Source: Bacillota bacterium (GTDB lineage Bacteria; Bacillota; Sulfobacillia; Thermaerobacterales; RSA17). From it: DNA of 64,000 nucleotides. Shown here piece by piece: positions 41,547 through 49,685 of this stretch; the stretch's first letter is position 1, and each line of letters starts with the position of its first letter. Where the stretch lies: assembly GCA_017577485.2 (NCBI GenBank), contig PKRI02000006.1:2051-66050 (forward strand), given 5' to 3'. A model generated the notes under the pieces. It saw only the letters and a program-made list of their open reading frames with translations. It was not told the DNA's origin and made no database searches. Made by a program: the position numbers and the translations under genes.

Positions 41547-42386
41547 GTGGGGATGATGGAGGCCCAATCGACGGAATCGCCGTCGACCGTCACGGTCGTC
41601 GGCGTCCGCTTCAAGAAGGCGGGGAAGGTCTACTACTTCGACCCCGCCGGACACGACCTGCGCCCGGGCGACCACGTCATCGTGGAGACCGCCCGCGGCG
41701 CCGAGTACGGCCAGGTGGTCATCAAGCCCCGGCCGGTTCCCGAAAGCGACGTGGCCCAGCCTGTGCGCAAGGTGCTGCGCAGGGCCACGCTGGAAGACGA
41801 GGAGCAGGTGGCCGAGAACCGGCGGCTGGCTGCCGCAGCCCTGCGCACCTGCCAGGAGCGGGTCCAGGCCCACGGCCTGGAGATGCGGATCGTTTCGGTG
41901 GAGTACACCTTCGACCGCAGCAAGCTGGTCATCCACTTCACGGCCGAGGGCCGCGTGGACTTCCGGGAACTGCTCAGGGACCTGGGCTCCCGGCTCAAGA
42001 CCCGCCTGGAACTGCGCCAGATCGGGGTCAGGGACGAGGCCAAGGTGGTGGGCGGCCTGGGGCCGTGCGGCCGCATCCTGTGCTGCACCAGTTTCCTGGC
42101 CGAGTTCGAGCCCATCTCCATCCGCATGGCCAAGGACCAGAACATGTCCCTGAGCCCCACCAAGTTGACGGGGCTGTGCGGGCGCCTGAAGTGCTGCCTG
42201 CGCTTCGAGAACGACACCTACGTCGAAACGCGGGCGCTGCTGCCCCGCGAGGGCACCCGGGTCCAGACCCAGCGGGGCCCGGGGCGGGTGGTCGGGCTGG
42301 ACTTCCTGGCGCGCCGGGTGCGGGTGCGCCTGGACGACGACACCGTGGTGGAGTTCGCCCACCACGAGGTGGCCGAGGTGCCTTGA
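41547..42386 (+). CDS. ricT: PSP1-domain protein RicT/YaaT (stage 0 sporulation / RNase Y regulator complex)
   Basis: 279 aa. VVGVRFKKAGKVYYFDPAGHDLRPGDHVIVETARGAEYGQVV, FRELLRDLGSRLKTRLELRQIG, cysteine cluster GPCGRILCCTSFL..GLCGRLKCCLRFE. Confidence 0.9.
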   Translation: MGMMEAQSTESPSTVTVVGVRFKKAGKVYYFDPAGHDLRPGDHVIVETARGAEYGQVVIKPRPVPESDVAQPVRKVLRRATLEDEEQVAENRRLAAAALRTCQERVQAHGLEMRIVSVEYTFDRSKLVIHFTAEGRVDFRELLRDLGSRLKTRLELRQIGVRDEAKVVGGLGPCGRILCCTSFLAEFEPISIRMAKDQNMSLSPTKLTGLCGRLKCCLRFENDTYVETRALLPREGTRVQTQRGPGRVVGLDFLARRVRVRLDDDTVVEFAHHEVAEVP

Positions 42387-43231
42387 GCGTCCTTTATGTC
42401 TGCGCCACGCCCATCGGCAACCTGGAGGACGTCACCCTGCGCCTGCTGCGGGTGCTGCGGGAGGCGGCGGTGATCGCCGCCGAGGACACCCGCCGCACCC
42501 GCTGGCTCTGCGCCCGCTACGGCATCGACACGCCGCTGGTGTCGTGCCACGAGCACAACCAGGAGGCCCGGGCGAAGGAACTCCTGGCATACCTGGCCCA
42601 GGGCCGCAGCGTGGCCTACGTCACCGACGCCGGCACGCCGGCCGTGTCGGACCCGGGCGCGGCGCTGGTGCGCCGGGTCCGGGAGGCTGGGTTCCCGGTG
42701 GTGCCGGTGCCGGGCCCCAGCGCCGTGACCGCCGCCCTTTCCGTCAGCGGCTTTCCCGCCGACTCCTTCTGCGTGGAAGGGTTCCTGCCCCGCCGCGGCC
42801 GCGCCCGGCAGGAAGCGCTGCAGCGGGTGGCCGAGGAGCCGCGGCCGGTGGTGCTGTTCGAGGCGCCCCACCGCATCACCCAGACCCTGGCCGACCTGGG
42901 GGAGTACCTGGGCGACCGGCCGCTGTGCGTGGCCCGGGAATTGACCAAGGAGCACGAGAGCATCCACGTGGTGCCGGCGCGGCAGGCGGCGCAGTCCCTG
43001 GCGCCCGAGGAGATCCGCGGCGAGTTCACCCTGGTGGTGGGACCTGCCGTGCCCGGCGCGGGGCCCGACGGCGCCGGGCCCGACCCCGACGGGCTGCCGC
43101 TGGCCGAAGAGGTGGCGCTGCTGGTGGCGGCGGGGCTGCCGGAGCGCGAGGCGATCCGCCGCGTGGCCCGGGGGCACGGCCTTCCCCGCCGCGTGGTGTA
43201 CGCCCGCGTAAAGGGAGAGGGTGGACGCTGA
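42383..43231 (+). CDS. rsmI: 16S rRNA (cytidine1402-2'-O)-methyltransferase RsmI
   Basis: In-frame part of ORF 42065..43231. TTG 42383 overlaps the ricT stop (TTGA). LYVCATPIGNLEDVTLR.., IAAEDTRRT, YVTDAGTPAVSDPGAALV, ARELTKEHE. Confidence 0.9.
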   Translation: MSVLYVCATPIGNLEDVTLRLLRVLREAAVIAAEDTRRTRWLCARYGIDTPLVSCHEHNQEARAKELLAYLAQGRSVAYVTDAGTPAVSDPGAALVRRVREAGFPVVPVPGPSAVTAALSVSGFPADSFCVEGFLPRRGRARQEALQRVAEEPRPVVLFEAPHRITQTLADLGEYLGDRPLCVARELTKEHESIHVVPARQAAQSLAPEEIRGEFTLVVGPAVPGAGPDGAGPDPDGLPLAEEVALLVAAGLPEREAIRRVARGHGLPRRVVYARVKGEGGR

Positions 43232-43244
43232 ACCGTCCACCCTC
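43217..43244. terminator. Hairpin between convergent rsmI and abrB (candidate bidirectional terminator)
   Basis: GAGGGTGGACG-CTGAAC-CGTCCACCCTC, an 11-bp perfect stem overlapping the rsmI stop. On the minus strand it is followed by TCCCTTTAC. Confidence 0.45.
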
Positions 43245-43290
43245 CCAGGAGAACTCGGCTTAGCGGGATATGGTGATCGCGCCCGGCGGT

Positions 43291-43539
43291 TCAGACCGCC
43301 CGGGCGCCGATGGCGGCCATGCAGCTGCGGCAGATCTTCTTGCCCTTGAAGTTCTCCACGCCGGCGGCGTTGCCGCAGAAGATGCACGCGGGCTCGTACT
43401 TGCGGAGGATGATCTTGTCGCCGTCGACGTAGATCTCGAGCGAATCTTTCTCTTCGATGTCGAGAGTCCGGCGGAGTTCAATCGGTATCACGACACGCCC
43501 CAGTTCGTCGACTTTCCGCACGATGCCGGTGGACTTCAC
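43291..43539 (-). CDS. abrB: Transition-state regulator AbrB family protein (SpoVT/AbrB swapped-hairpin domain + CxxC..CxxC C-terminus)
   Basis: ORF track 43291..43611, trimmed to GTG 43537-43539 (GAGGAG RBS upstream). KSTGIVRKVDELGRVVIPIELRRTLDIEEKDSLEIYVDGDKIILRKY is near-identical to the B. subtilis AbrB N-domain. The C-terminus is CIFCGNAAGVENFKGKKICRSC. Confidence 0.9.
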   Translation of the reverse strand: MKSTGIVRKVDELGRVVIPIELRRTLDIEEKDSLEIYVDGDKIILRKYEPACIFCGNAAGVENFKGKKICRSCMAAIGARAV

Positions 43540-43759
43540 GAAGCCTCGCTCCTCTCTGGTCTGGGCCGTTCCCCTGACGAAAACGGTACCAATGATGCCA
43601 GTTTCAGTCAACCCTATTGAAGGGAAAAACTTTAAGCGTTATACATTTTGGGATACGCTCCGATTGGGATGACCAGGGGGCGCGGCGGCGGCGGAAACCG
43701 TGGATTCTCGCGGCTTGACGGGCCCCGGGACCCCCTGCTATCGTTACGCTTACGGTGGT

Positions 43760-44082
43760 ATAGGTTTTTGCCAAACGCGGTGAAGGAGCGGAGTAGGACC
43801 AGGGCCGCGGCCCAGAGAGCCGGGGGCAGGTGGAAACCCGGTGTCGCGCCGGGTCCGAACATGGCTCCGGAGCGGTCCGTCGAAGGCCCGGCGCCGCCGG
43901 GGTTTGGGCCCGGCTGTGCCGGCGGCTGCGTAGGCGGCGACGGGCGGCGCCCGTTACAGCGCCGGGGTACCGGGACCTGACTTCCCGCGTACCCGTTGAG
44001 GCGCCGGGCCGCGAGGCCGGCGCGAAGCAAGGGTGGTACCACGAGTCGACCCTCGTCCCTGGCGGGCGAGGGTTTTCTTGTT
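43760..44082 (+). promoter_or_regulatory. T-box riboswitch leader (methionine specifier) controlling metG
   Basis: Stem I elements GGAGCGGAGTAG, CAGAGAG, GGTGGAAAC. Specifier region GAAC-AUG-G (AUG 43861-43863). T-box AAGCAAGGGTGGTACCACGAG (44025-44045). Terminator CCCTCG..CGAGGG plus TTTTCTTGTT (44050-44082). Candidate promoter TTGACG 43715-43720 / TGCTATCGT 43736-43744. Confidence 0.85.
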
Positions 44083-44136
44083 GGGGCCGGCGGCGCGGGC
44101 CGGCCAGGCGTACGTGACGGGAAGGTGGGACGCTTC

Positions 44137-46101
44137 TTGAGCCGGCAGAGATTTTACGTGACGACCCCGATCTACTATCCCAACGACAAGCTCCACATCG
44201 GCCACACCTACACCACGGTGGCCGCCGACTCCCTGGCGCGATACCACCGCCTGCGGGGTCACGACACCTGGTTCCTCACGGGCACCGACGAGCACGGCCT
44301 CAACCTCCAGCGGGCGGCGGCCCAGGCAGGGAAGGAACCCCTGGAGTATATCGACCCCATCGTCGAGTGGATCCAGCATTTGTGGAAGCGCCTGCACATT
44401 TCCTACGACGATTTCATCCGCACCACCGAGGAGCGGCACAAGCGCCGGGTGCAGCAGATTTTCCAGAAGCTTTACGACCAGGGCGACATCTACAAGGGCA
44501 CCTACCGGGGCCTCTACTGCGTCCGCTGCGAGGCCTATTACAGCGAGGACGAACTGGCCGAAGGCAACCTGTGCCCCATTCACCAGCGGCCGGTGGAGTG
44601 GCTGGAGGAAGAAAGCTACTTCTTCCGGCTGTCCAAGTACGGTGAGCCGCTGCTGGCGCACATCGAGGCCAACCCCGACTTCGTGCGGCCCGAATCGCGG
44701 CGCAACGAGGTGATCAGCTTCATCCGCCAGGGCCTGGAAGACCTCAGCGTCTCCCGGACCTCCTTCAGCTGGGGCATCCCGGTGCCCTTCGATCCCAAGC
44801 ACGTGATCTACGTGTGGGTGGACGCCCTGGCCAACTACGCCACGGCCCTGGGGTACCCGGACGGCGACCTGTACCGCCGCTTCTGGCCCGCCGACCTGCA
44901 CCTGATCGGCAAGGACATCCTGCGCTTCCACGCCATCATCTGGCCGGCCATCCTGCTGGCCCTGGGCGAACCCCTGCCCCGCTGCGTGTACGGGCACGGC
45001 TGGCTGCTGATCGACGGCGGCAAGATCGGCAAGTCCCGGGCCGGCTCCCAGGTCATCGACCCGCTGACCCTGATCGACCGCTATGGGGTGGACGTGGTGC
45101 GCTACTTCCTGGTCCGGGAAGTGCCCTTCGGCGCCGACGGCACCTATTCGGAGGAGTCGCTGGTCCGGCGGCTCAACAGCGACCTGGCCAACGACCTGGG
45201 CAATCTGGTCTGGCGCACCACGGCCATGATCGAGCGGTTCTGCGGCGGCCTCATCCCCGATCCCTCGGGCGCCCCGGCCACCGACCTGGCCCAGGTGGCC
45301 GCCGAGGTGCGCCGCCGGGTGGAGCAGCACATGGACCGCTTCGAGCTGAACCTGGCCGTGGCCGCCGTGTGGGACCTGATCGGCCGCGCCAACAAGCTGG
45401 TGGATGAGGCCGCCCCGTGGGAACTGAACCGCCGGGGGGAGCATGCGCGGCTGGGACGGGTGCTGTACGACGTGGCCGAGGCTGCCCGCTTCGCCGCGGT
45501 ACTGTTGGCCCCGTTCCTGGTGGAGACCCCGGAGCGGATCTACGACCAGCTGGGCTATGACGAGGACCTGCGGGCGGTGGGCTGGGACGCCGGCCTCACC
45601 TGGGGACGGCTGCCGGTGGGCACCCGGGTGCGCCGGGGCGAGCCGCTGTTCCCCCGCGTCGACGTGGAGAGCCTCTTCGCCGGCGGCGACGGCGCCGGCG
45701 AGGGCAGCGCCGGTGGCCAGGGCGGGTCGGCCGGCGGCGAGGCCTCAGGCCAGGAGCCGGCCGCCGGCGCCGCGCCCGAGATCACCATCGAGGAGTTTGC
45801 CCGCCTGGACCTGCGGGTGGTGCGCATCCTGGAAGCGGAGCCGGTGCCCGGCGCCGACCGCCTGCTGAAGCTGAAGGTGTCCCTGGGCAGCGGCGGCGAG
45901 CGCCAGGTGGTGGCGGGCATCGCCCGGCACTACCAGCCCGAGGATCTGGTGGGTCGCCAGGCGGTGCTGGTGGCCAACCTGAAGCCGGCGCGCATCCGCG
46001 GGGTCGAGTCCCAGGGCATGCTGCTGGCCGCAGCCGACGACGGCCGGGTGGTGCTGGTGGCCCCGGAGCAGGCCGTCAACCCGGGGAGCAAGGTGCGGTG
46101 A
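44137..46101 (+). CDS. metG: Methionine--tRNA ligase with C-terminal tRNA-binding (EMAP/Trbp111-like) domain
   Basis: In-frame part of ORF 43996..46101, starting at TTG 44137 (GGAAGGTGG RBS). FYVTTPIYYPNDKLHIGHTYTTVAAD (HIGH), zinc knuckle CVRCEAYY..CPIH, KIGKSRAG (KMSKS-like). C-terminus FARLDLRVVRILEAEPVPGADRLLKLKV. Confidence 0.94.
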   Translation: MSRQRFYVTTPIYYPNDKLHIGHTYTTVAADSLARYHRLRGHDTWFLTGTDEHGLNLQRAAAQAGKEPLEYIDPIVEWIQHLWKRLHISYDDFIRTTEERHKRRVQQIFQKLYDQGDIYKGTYRGLYCVRCEAYYSEDELAEGNLCPIHQRPVEWLEEESYFFRLSKYGEPLLAHIEANPDFVRPESRRNEVISFIRQGLEDLSVSRTSFSWGIPVPFDPKHVIYVWVDALANYATALGYPDGDLYRRFWPADLHLIGKDILRFHAIIWPAILLALGEPLPRCVYGHGWLLIDGGKIGKSRAGSQVIDPLTLIDRYGVDVVRYFLVREVPFGADGTYSEESLVRRLNSDLANDLGNLVWRTTAMIERFCGGLIPDPSGAPATDLAQVAAEVRRRVEQHMDRFELNLAVAAVWDLIGRANKLVDEAAPWELNRRGEHARLGRVLYDVAEAARFAAVLLAPFLVETPERIYDQLGYDEDLRAVGWDAGLTWGRLPVGTRVRRGEPLFPRVDVESLFAGGDGAGEGSAGGQGGSAGGEASGQEPAAGAAPEITIEEFARLDLRVVRILEAEPVPGADRLLKLKVSLGSGGERQVVAGIARHYQPEDLVGRQAVLVANLKPARIRGVESQGMLLAAADDGRVVLVAPEQAVNPGSKVR

Positions 46102-46886
46102 ACCTGGTCGAAACCCACGCGCACCTGGACTTCGACGCCTTCGACGGCGACCGGGCCGACGTGCTGGACCGGGCGCGGGCGGCGGGGGTGTCGGCCTTCG
46201 TCAACGTGGCCATCGACCTCGAACAGGCGGCTGAGGCCACCCTGGCCCTGGCCGAGGCCCACGCCGACGTGTACGCCGCCGTCGGCATTCACCCGCACGG
46301 GGCGGGAGCCTGGGCGGGCCGCGTCGACCAGGCGGTGGCGCGGCTGGAGCGCCTGGCGGCCCATCCCAGGGTGGTGGCCCTGGGTGAGATGGGACTGGAT
46401 TTCTACCGGGAGTACGCGCCGCCGGAGGCCCAGTACGAGGTCTTCGACGCCCAGCTGGCGCTGGCGGCCCGCATGGGCCTGCCGGTGGTGATCCACTGCC
46501 GGGCGGCCTATGAGCAGGTGCTGCCCCGGCTGGAGGCCCTGCCCGCCGAGCGCGTGCTGCTGCACTGCTTTTCCGGCGAGGAGCACGCCGCCGCCTGTGC
46601 GGAGCGGGGGTACTACATCGGCGTCGGCGGCGTCCTCACCTATCCCGGGTCCGAGGGCCTGCGCCGGGTGGTGGCAGCCTACCCCCGCGACCGGGTGGTG
46701 CTGGAGACCGACTGCCCCTTCCTGGCGCCGCAGCCCCGCCGCGGCCGCCGCAATGAGCCCGCGTATCTGGTCTGGGTGGCCGAAGCCCTGGGCCGGGTGT
46801 GGGGCGTGACGGCGGAGGAGGCGGCGGCCGTCACCAGCCGCAACGCGGCCCGGTTTTTCGGATGGGAAGGATCCGATGGCCTTTGA
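46098..46886 (+). CDS. tatD: TatD-family metal-dependent DNase/hydrolase (YabD)
   Basis: 262 aa. LVETHAHLDFDAF, GEMGLDFY, PVVIHCR, LHCFSG, LETDCPFLAP. GTGA overlap with metG. Confidence 0.9.
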   Translation: MNLVETHAHLDFDAFDGDRADVLDRARAAGVSAFVNVAIDLEQAAEATLALAEAHADVYAAVGIHPHGAGAWAGRVDQAVARLERLAAHPRVVALGEMGLDFYREYAPPEAQYEVFDAQLALAARMGLPVVIHCRAAYEQVLPRLEALPAERVLLHCFSGEEHAAACAERGYYIGVGGVLTYPGSEGLRRVVAAYPRDRVVLETDCPFLAPQPRRGRRNEPAYLVWVAEALGRVWGVTAEEAAAVTSRNAARFFGWEGSDGL

Positions 46887-47772
46887 TCCCATGCGGCCGT
46901 CGGAACTGCGGCGGGTGCTGGACGCCCACGGGATCCGGCCGGACCGGCGCCTGGGCCAGCACTTCCTCATCGACCGCAACACCCGCGACCGCATCCTGCG
47001 CCTGGCCGGCATCGAGCCGGGCGACGGGGTGCTGGAGGTGGGGCCCGGCGCCGGGGCGCTGACCGCGGCGCTGGCCCGGTCCGGGGCGGGCGCCGTCACC
47101 GCCGTGGAGGTCGACCGGCGGCTGGAGCCGGTGCTCCGGGAACTGGTGGGCGGCGAGGCCCACGTCCGGCTGGTGTTCGACGACGCCCTGGCCGTGGACT
47201 GGCGGGACCTGTGCCCGCCGGTCCGGCCCTGGCGCTTCGTGGCCAACGTGCCCTACCAGATCACCGCCCCGCTGCTGGTGCGGGTCTTCGGCCACCGGCC
47301 CCCCTTCCGCCGCATGGTGGTCATGGTCCAGAAGGAAGTGGCGGACCGCCTGCGCGCCCGGCCGGGCACCCCCGATTACGGAGCCCTGACGCTGCTGGCC
47401 GCCTTCTACGCCCGGGTGCGGGAGACGTTCAGCGTGTCGCCGTCCTGCTTCTGGCCGCGGCCGGCGGTCACGTCGGCGGTGGTGGCCATGGAGCCGGCGG
47501 ACCACGCCGAACCCCCGCCGCCTCCCGAGGTCTTCTTCCCGGTGGTGCGGGCCGCGTTCGGCCGCCGCCGCAAGACCCTGCGCAACGCCCTGGTCGAGGA
47601 TCCCCATCTGGGCCTCGACCGGGAGCAGGTGGAGGCGGCGCTGGCCGCGGCGGGCCTGGACCCAAACCGGCGCGGGGAGACGCTGTCGCTGGACGAGTTC
47701 GTGCGCCTCGCCCGGGCCGCGGCGGCAGCGGTGTCCCCCGCGGCGCCTGACGCCCCGGGGCGGGGGGTATAA
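46876..47772 (+). CDS. rsmA: 16S rRNA (adenine1518/1519-N6)-dimethyltransferase RsmA/KsgA
   Basis: 298 aa. LGQHFLIDRN, VLEVGPGAGALTAAL, FVANVPYQITAPLL. Confidence 0.92.
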   Translation: MAFDPMRPSELRRVLDAHGIRPDRRLGQHFLIDRNTRDRILRLAGIEPGDGVLEVGPGAGALTAALARSGAGAVTAVEVDRRLEPVLRELVGGEAHVRLVFDDALAVDWRDLCPPVRPWRFVANVPYQITAPLLVRVFGHRPPFRRMVVMVQKEVADRLRARPGTPDYGALTLLAAFYARVRETFSVSPSCFWPRPAVTSAVVAMEPADHAEPPPPPEVFFPVVRAAFGRRRKTLRNALVEDPHLGLDREQVEAALAAAGLDPNRRGETLSLDEFVRLARAAAAAVSPAAPDAPGRGV

Positions 47773-47824
47773 TGACTCCAGATGCCGTGACCAGCGCGTC
47801 CGGCGGGCGGAGGCGGCGGACGGC

Positions 47825-48295
47825 ATGAAGTTCTTCAGCCCGACCCAGGGCGAGATGGATTTCGAGCAGATGTTCCAGGAGATCGTCCGCTTCATGGAAC
47901 ACGCGCCCGACGGGCGCTACCGCCTGATCATCGGCACCGACTCCCAGCTGCGCAGCGACACCACCTTCGTCACGGCGGTCATCATCCACCGGGAAGGCAA
48001 GGGAGCGCGCTACTTCTTCTCCAGGGAACGCATGCGCCGCATGGACAGCCTGCGCCAGCGCATCCTCTACGAGGCCTCGCTGTCGCTGCAGCTGGCGGCG
48101 CGCCTGGCCGAGCGGCTGTCCCGCAACGGCCACGCCGACATGAACGTGGAGATCCACCTGGACGTGGGCCGTTCGGGCGAGACCCGGGAGTTGATCCGCG
48201 AAGTGGTGGGAATGGTGGCCGGCAGCGGCTTCGACGCCAAGATCAAACCCGAGTCCTACGGTGCCTCCAGCGTGGCCGACAAGCACACGAAATAG
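47825..48295 (+). CDS. YkuK-like RNase H-fold protein (DUF458)
   Basis: 156 aa. RLIIGTDSQLRSDTTFVTAVIIHREGKGARYFF.. and EIHLDVGRSGETRELI fit DUF458 (from memory). A TATAAT (47768-47773) overlaps the rsmA stop. Confidence 0.6.
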   Translation: MKFFSPTQGEMDFEQMFQEIVRFMEHAPDGRYRLIIGTDSQLRSDTTFVTAVIIHREGKGARYFFSRERMRRMDSLRQRILYEASLSLQLAARLAERLSRNGHADMNVEIHLDVGRSGETRELIREVVGMVAGSGFDAKIKPESYGASSVADKHTK

Positions 48296-48318
48296 GGGCG
48301 CCGGCCGCCAGGACCTCC

Positions 48319-48386
48319 TTGACACCCGTTTGACGACGACTATATACTTATCGTTTTTTGACCCGGACCGGGCGGTCTGTTATAAT
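48319..48386 (+). promoter_or_regulatory. Tandem strong promoters upstream of veg
   Basis: P-distal: TTGACA 48319-48324, 18 nt, TATACT 48343-48348. P-proximal: TTGACC 48358-48363, 17 nt, TATAAT 48381-48386 with a TGT extension. The proximal promoter is one base from full consensus. Confidence 0.75.
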
Positions 48387-48418
48387 GGGACCAGATTCCG
48401 CCCGAGGTGGTGTGCCCC

Positions 48419-48697
48419 GTGTCCGACAACCGCGACGTGCTGGCTCGGATCAAGAGCGATCTCGACGGGTTTGTCGGCCATCCGGTCAGGATCAAGGCCC
48501 ACAAGGGGCGCCGGCGCGTGGTGGAGCGCGAGGGGACCCTGGAGAAGACTTATCCCAGCCTCTTCGTCGTCAAACTGGGCCCCGATCAGCAGAACCGCCG
48601 CGTCACCTTCACGTACGCGGACATCCTCACCGAAACGGTGGAGCTGACGGTGCTCGACGACCGCGGTGCAGAGCGGTTGGCTTTTCGCGCCGGCTGA
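48419..48697 (+). CDS. veg: Veg protein (DUF1021)
   Basis: ORF track 48407..48697. GTG 48419 has GAGGTGG 9 nt upstream. LARIKSDLDGFVGHPVRIKAHKGRRRVVEREGTLEKTYPSLFVV..VTFTYADILTETVELT parallels B. subtilis Veg. Confidence 0.9.
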   Translation: MSDNRDVLARIKSDLDGFVGHPVRIKAHKGRRRVVEREGTLEKTYPSLFVVKLGPDQQNRRVTFTYADILTETVELTVLDDRGAERLAFRAG

Positions 48698-48720
48698 GTC
48701 CTGCGGCCGGTCGACCACAC

Positions 48721-48749
48721 GGCCCCTCTCGAGGGGCCGTTTTCGTGTG
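48721..48749 (+). terminator. Rho-independent terminator after veg
   Basis: GGCCCCTC-TC-GAGGGGCC hairpin followed by GTTTTCGTGTG. Confidence 0.75.
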
Positions 48750-48758
48750 CGGAGGGCG

Positions 48759-49685
48759 ATGATGATGGCACGCCGCGGTACCGTCATCACCCAGCGGGCG
48801 CTGGCCAAGCTCAACCTGGTGCTGCGCATCCGCGGGCGGCGCAGCGACGGCTACCACGAGATCGACTCCCTGATGCATACCATCGGCCTCGCCGACGACG
48901 TCAGCGTGGTGCTGCGGCCGGGCCTGGCGGTGCAGTGCACCGGCGCCGACCTGCCCGGCGGCGAGAGCAACCTGGCTTACCGCGCTGCCCGCCTGCTGGC
49001 GGAAGCCTGCCGGGGCCGCCGGCCGGCGGGAGCGCTGATCCGCATCCGCAAGCGCATCCCGGTGGCGGGGGGGCTGGCCGGCGGCAGCGCCGACGCCGCC
49101 GCCGTCCTCAGCCTGCTCAACGAAGCGTGGGCCTGCGGCCTGCCCTGGGACGAACTGCTGCTGCTGGCCCGGCGGCTCGGCGCCGACGTCCCCTTCTGCC
49201 TCCTGGGGGGCGCCGCCCGGGCCACGGGCATCGGCGACCGCCTGCAGCCGCTGGAACCCAGGCCGGGGGTGCCCGTGGTGCTCATCGCCTGGCCCGAGGG
49301 CCTGTCCACCGCCGAGGTTTACCGGGTGTACGATCAATTGAACCCGCCGTCTACGGCCCGCGTGGAACCGGCCCTGGAGGCCCTGGCTGCCGGCGACTGG
49401 CGGGCCCTGGGCGCGGCGCTGGCCAACGACCTGCAGCCGGTGGTGGAGGTGCTGCGGCCGGAAACCCGCGCCGCCCGCGCCGACCTGCTCACCTGCGGGG
49501 CGCTGGGTGCGGCCGTCACCGGCAGCGGGCCCACCGTATTCGGCATCTTCTCCAGCGCCGAGCGGGCCCGCCGGGCCGCCCGCGACCTGTCGGGCCGCTG
49601 GCCCATCGTCATCACCACCGAACTGGCCGCCAGAGGACTGGGCTCCATGCGCACGAATACCTGGGCCCGGGGTGATGGCCCGTGA
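48759..49685 (+). CDS. ispE: 4-diphosphocytidyl-2-C-methyl-D-erythritol kinase
   Basis: In-frame part of ORF 48666..49685. Triple ATG at 48759/62/65 after GGAGGG. AKLNLVLRIRGRRSDGYHEIDSLM, GHMP motif IPVAGGLAGGSADAAAVL, GSGPTVFGIF. Confidence 0.92.
   Translation: MMMARRGTVITQRALAKLNLVLRIRGRRSDGYHEIDSLMHTIGLADDVSVVLRPGLAVQCTGADLPGGESNLAYRAARLLAEACRGRRPAGALIRIRKRIPVAGGLAGGSADAAAVLSLLNEAWACGLPWDELLLLARRLGADVPFCLLGGAARATGIGDRLQPLEPRPGVPVVLIAWPEGLSTAEVYRVYDQLNPPSTARVEPALEALAAGDWRALGAALANDLQPVVEVLRPETRAARADLLTCGALGAAVTGSGPTVFGIFSSAERARRAARDLSGRWPIVITTELAARGLGSMRTNTWARGDGP

Noticed and set aside
43585-43600. Sigma-54-like TGGCAT-N5-TTGGTA on the minus strand upstream of abrB.
   Set aside because: The spacing and the -12 element (GTACC rather than TTGCW) do not fit the -24/-12 consensus.
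43859-43863. Reading the metG T-box specifier as CAU (His) instead of AUG (Met).
   Set aside because: The downstream gene is metG. The antiterminator bulge UGGU predicts an A73 discriminator (tRNA-Met), not C73 (tRNA-His).
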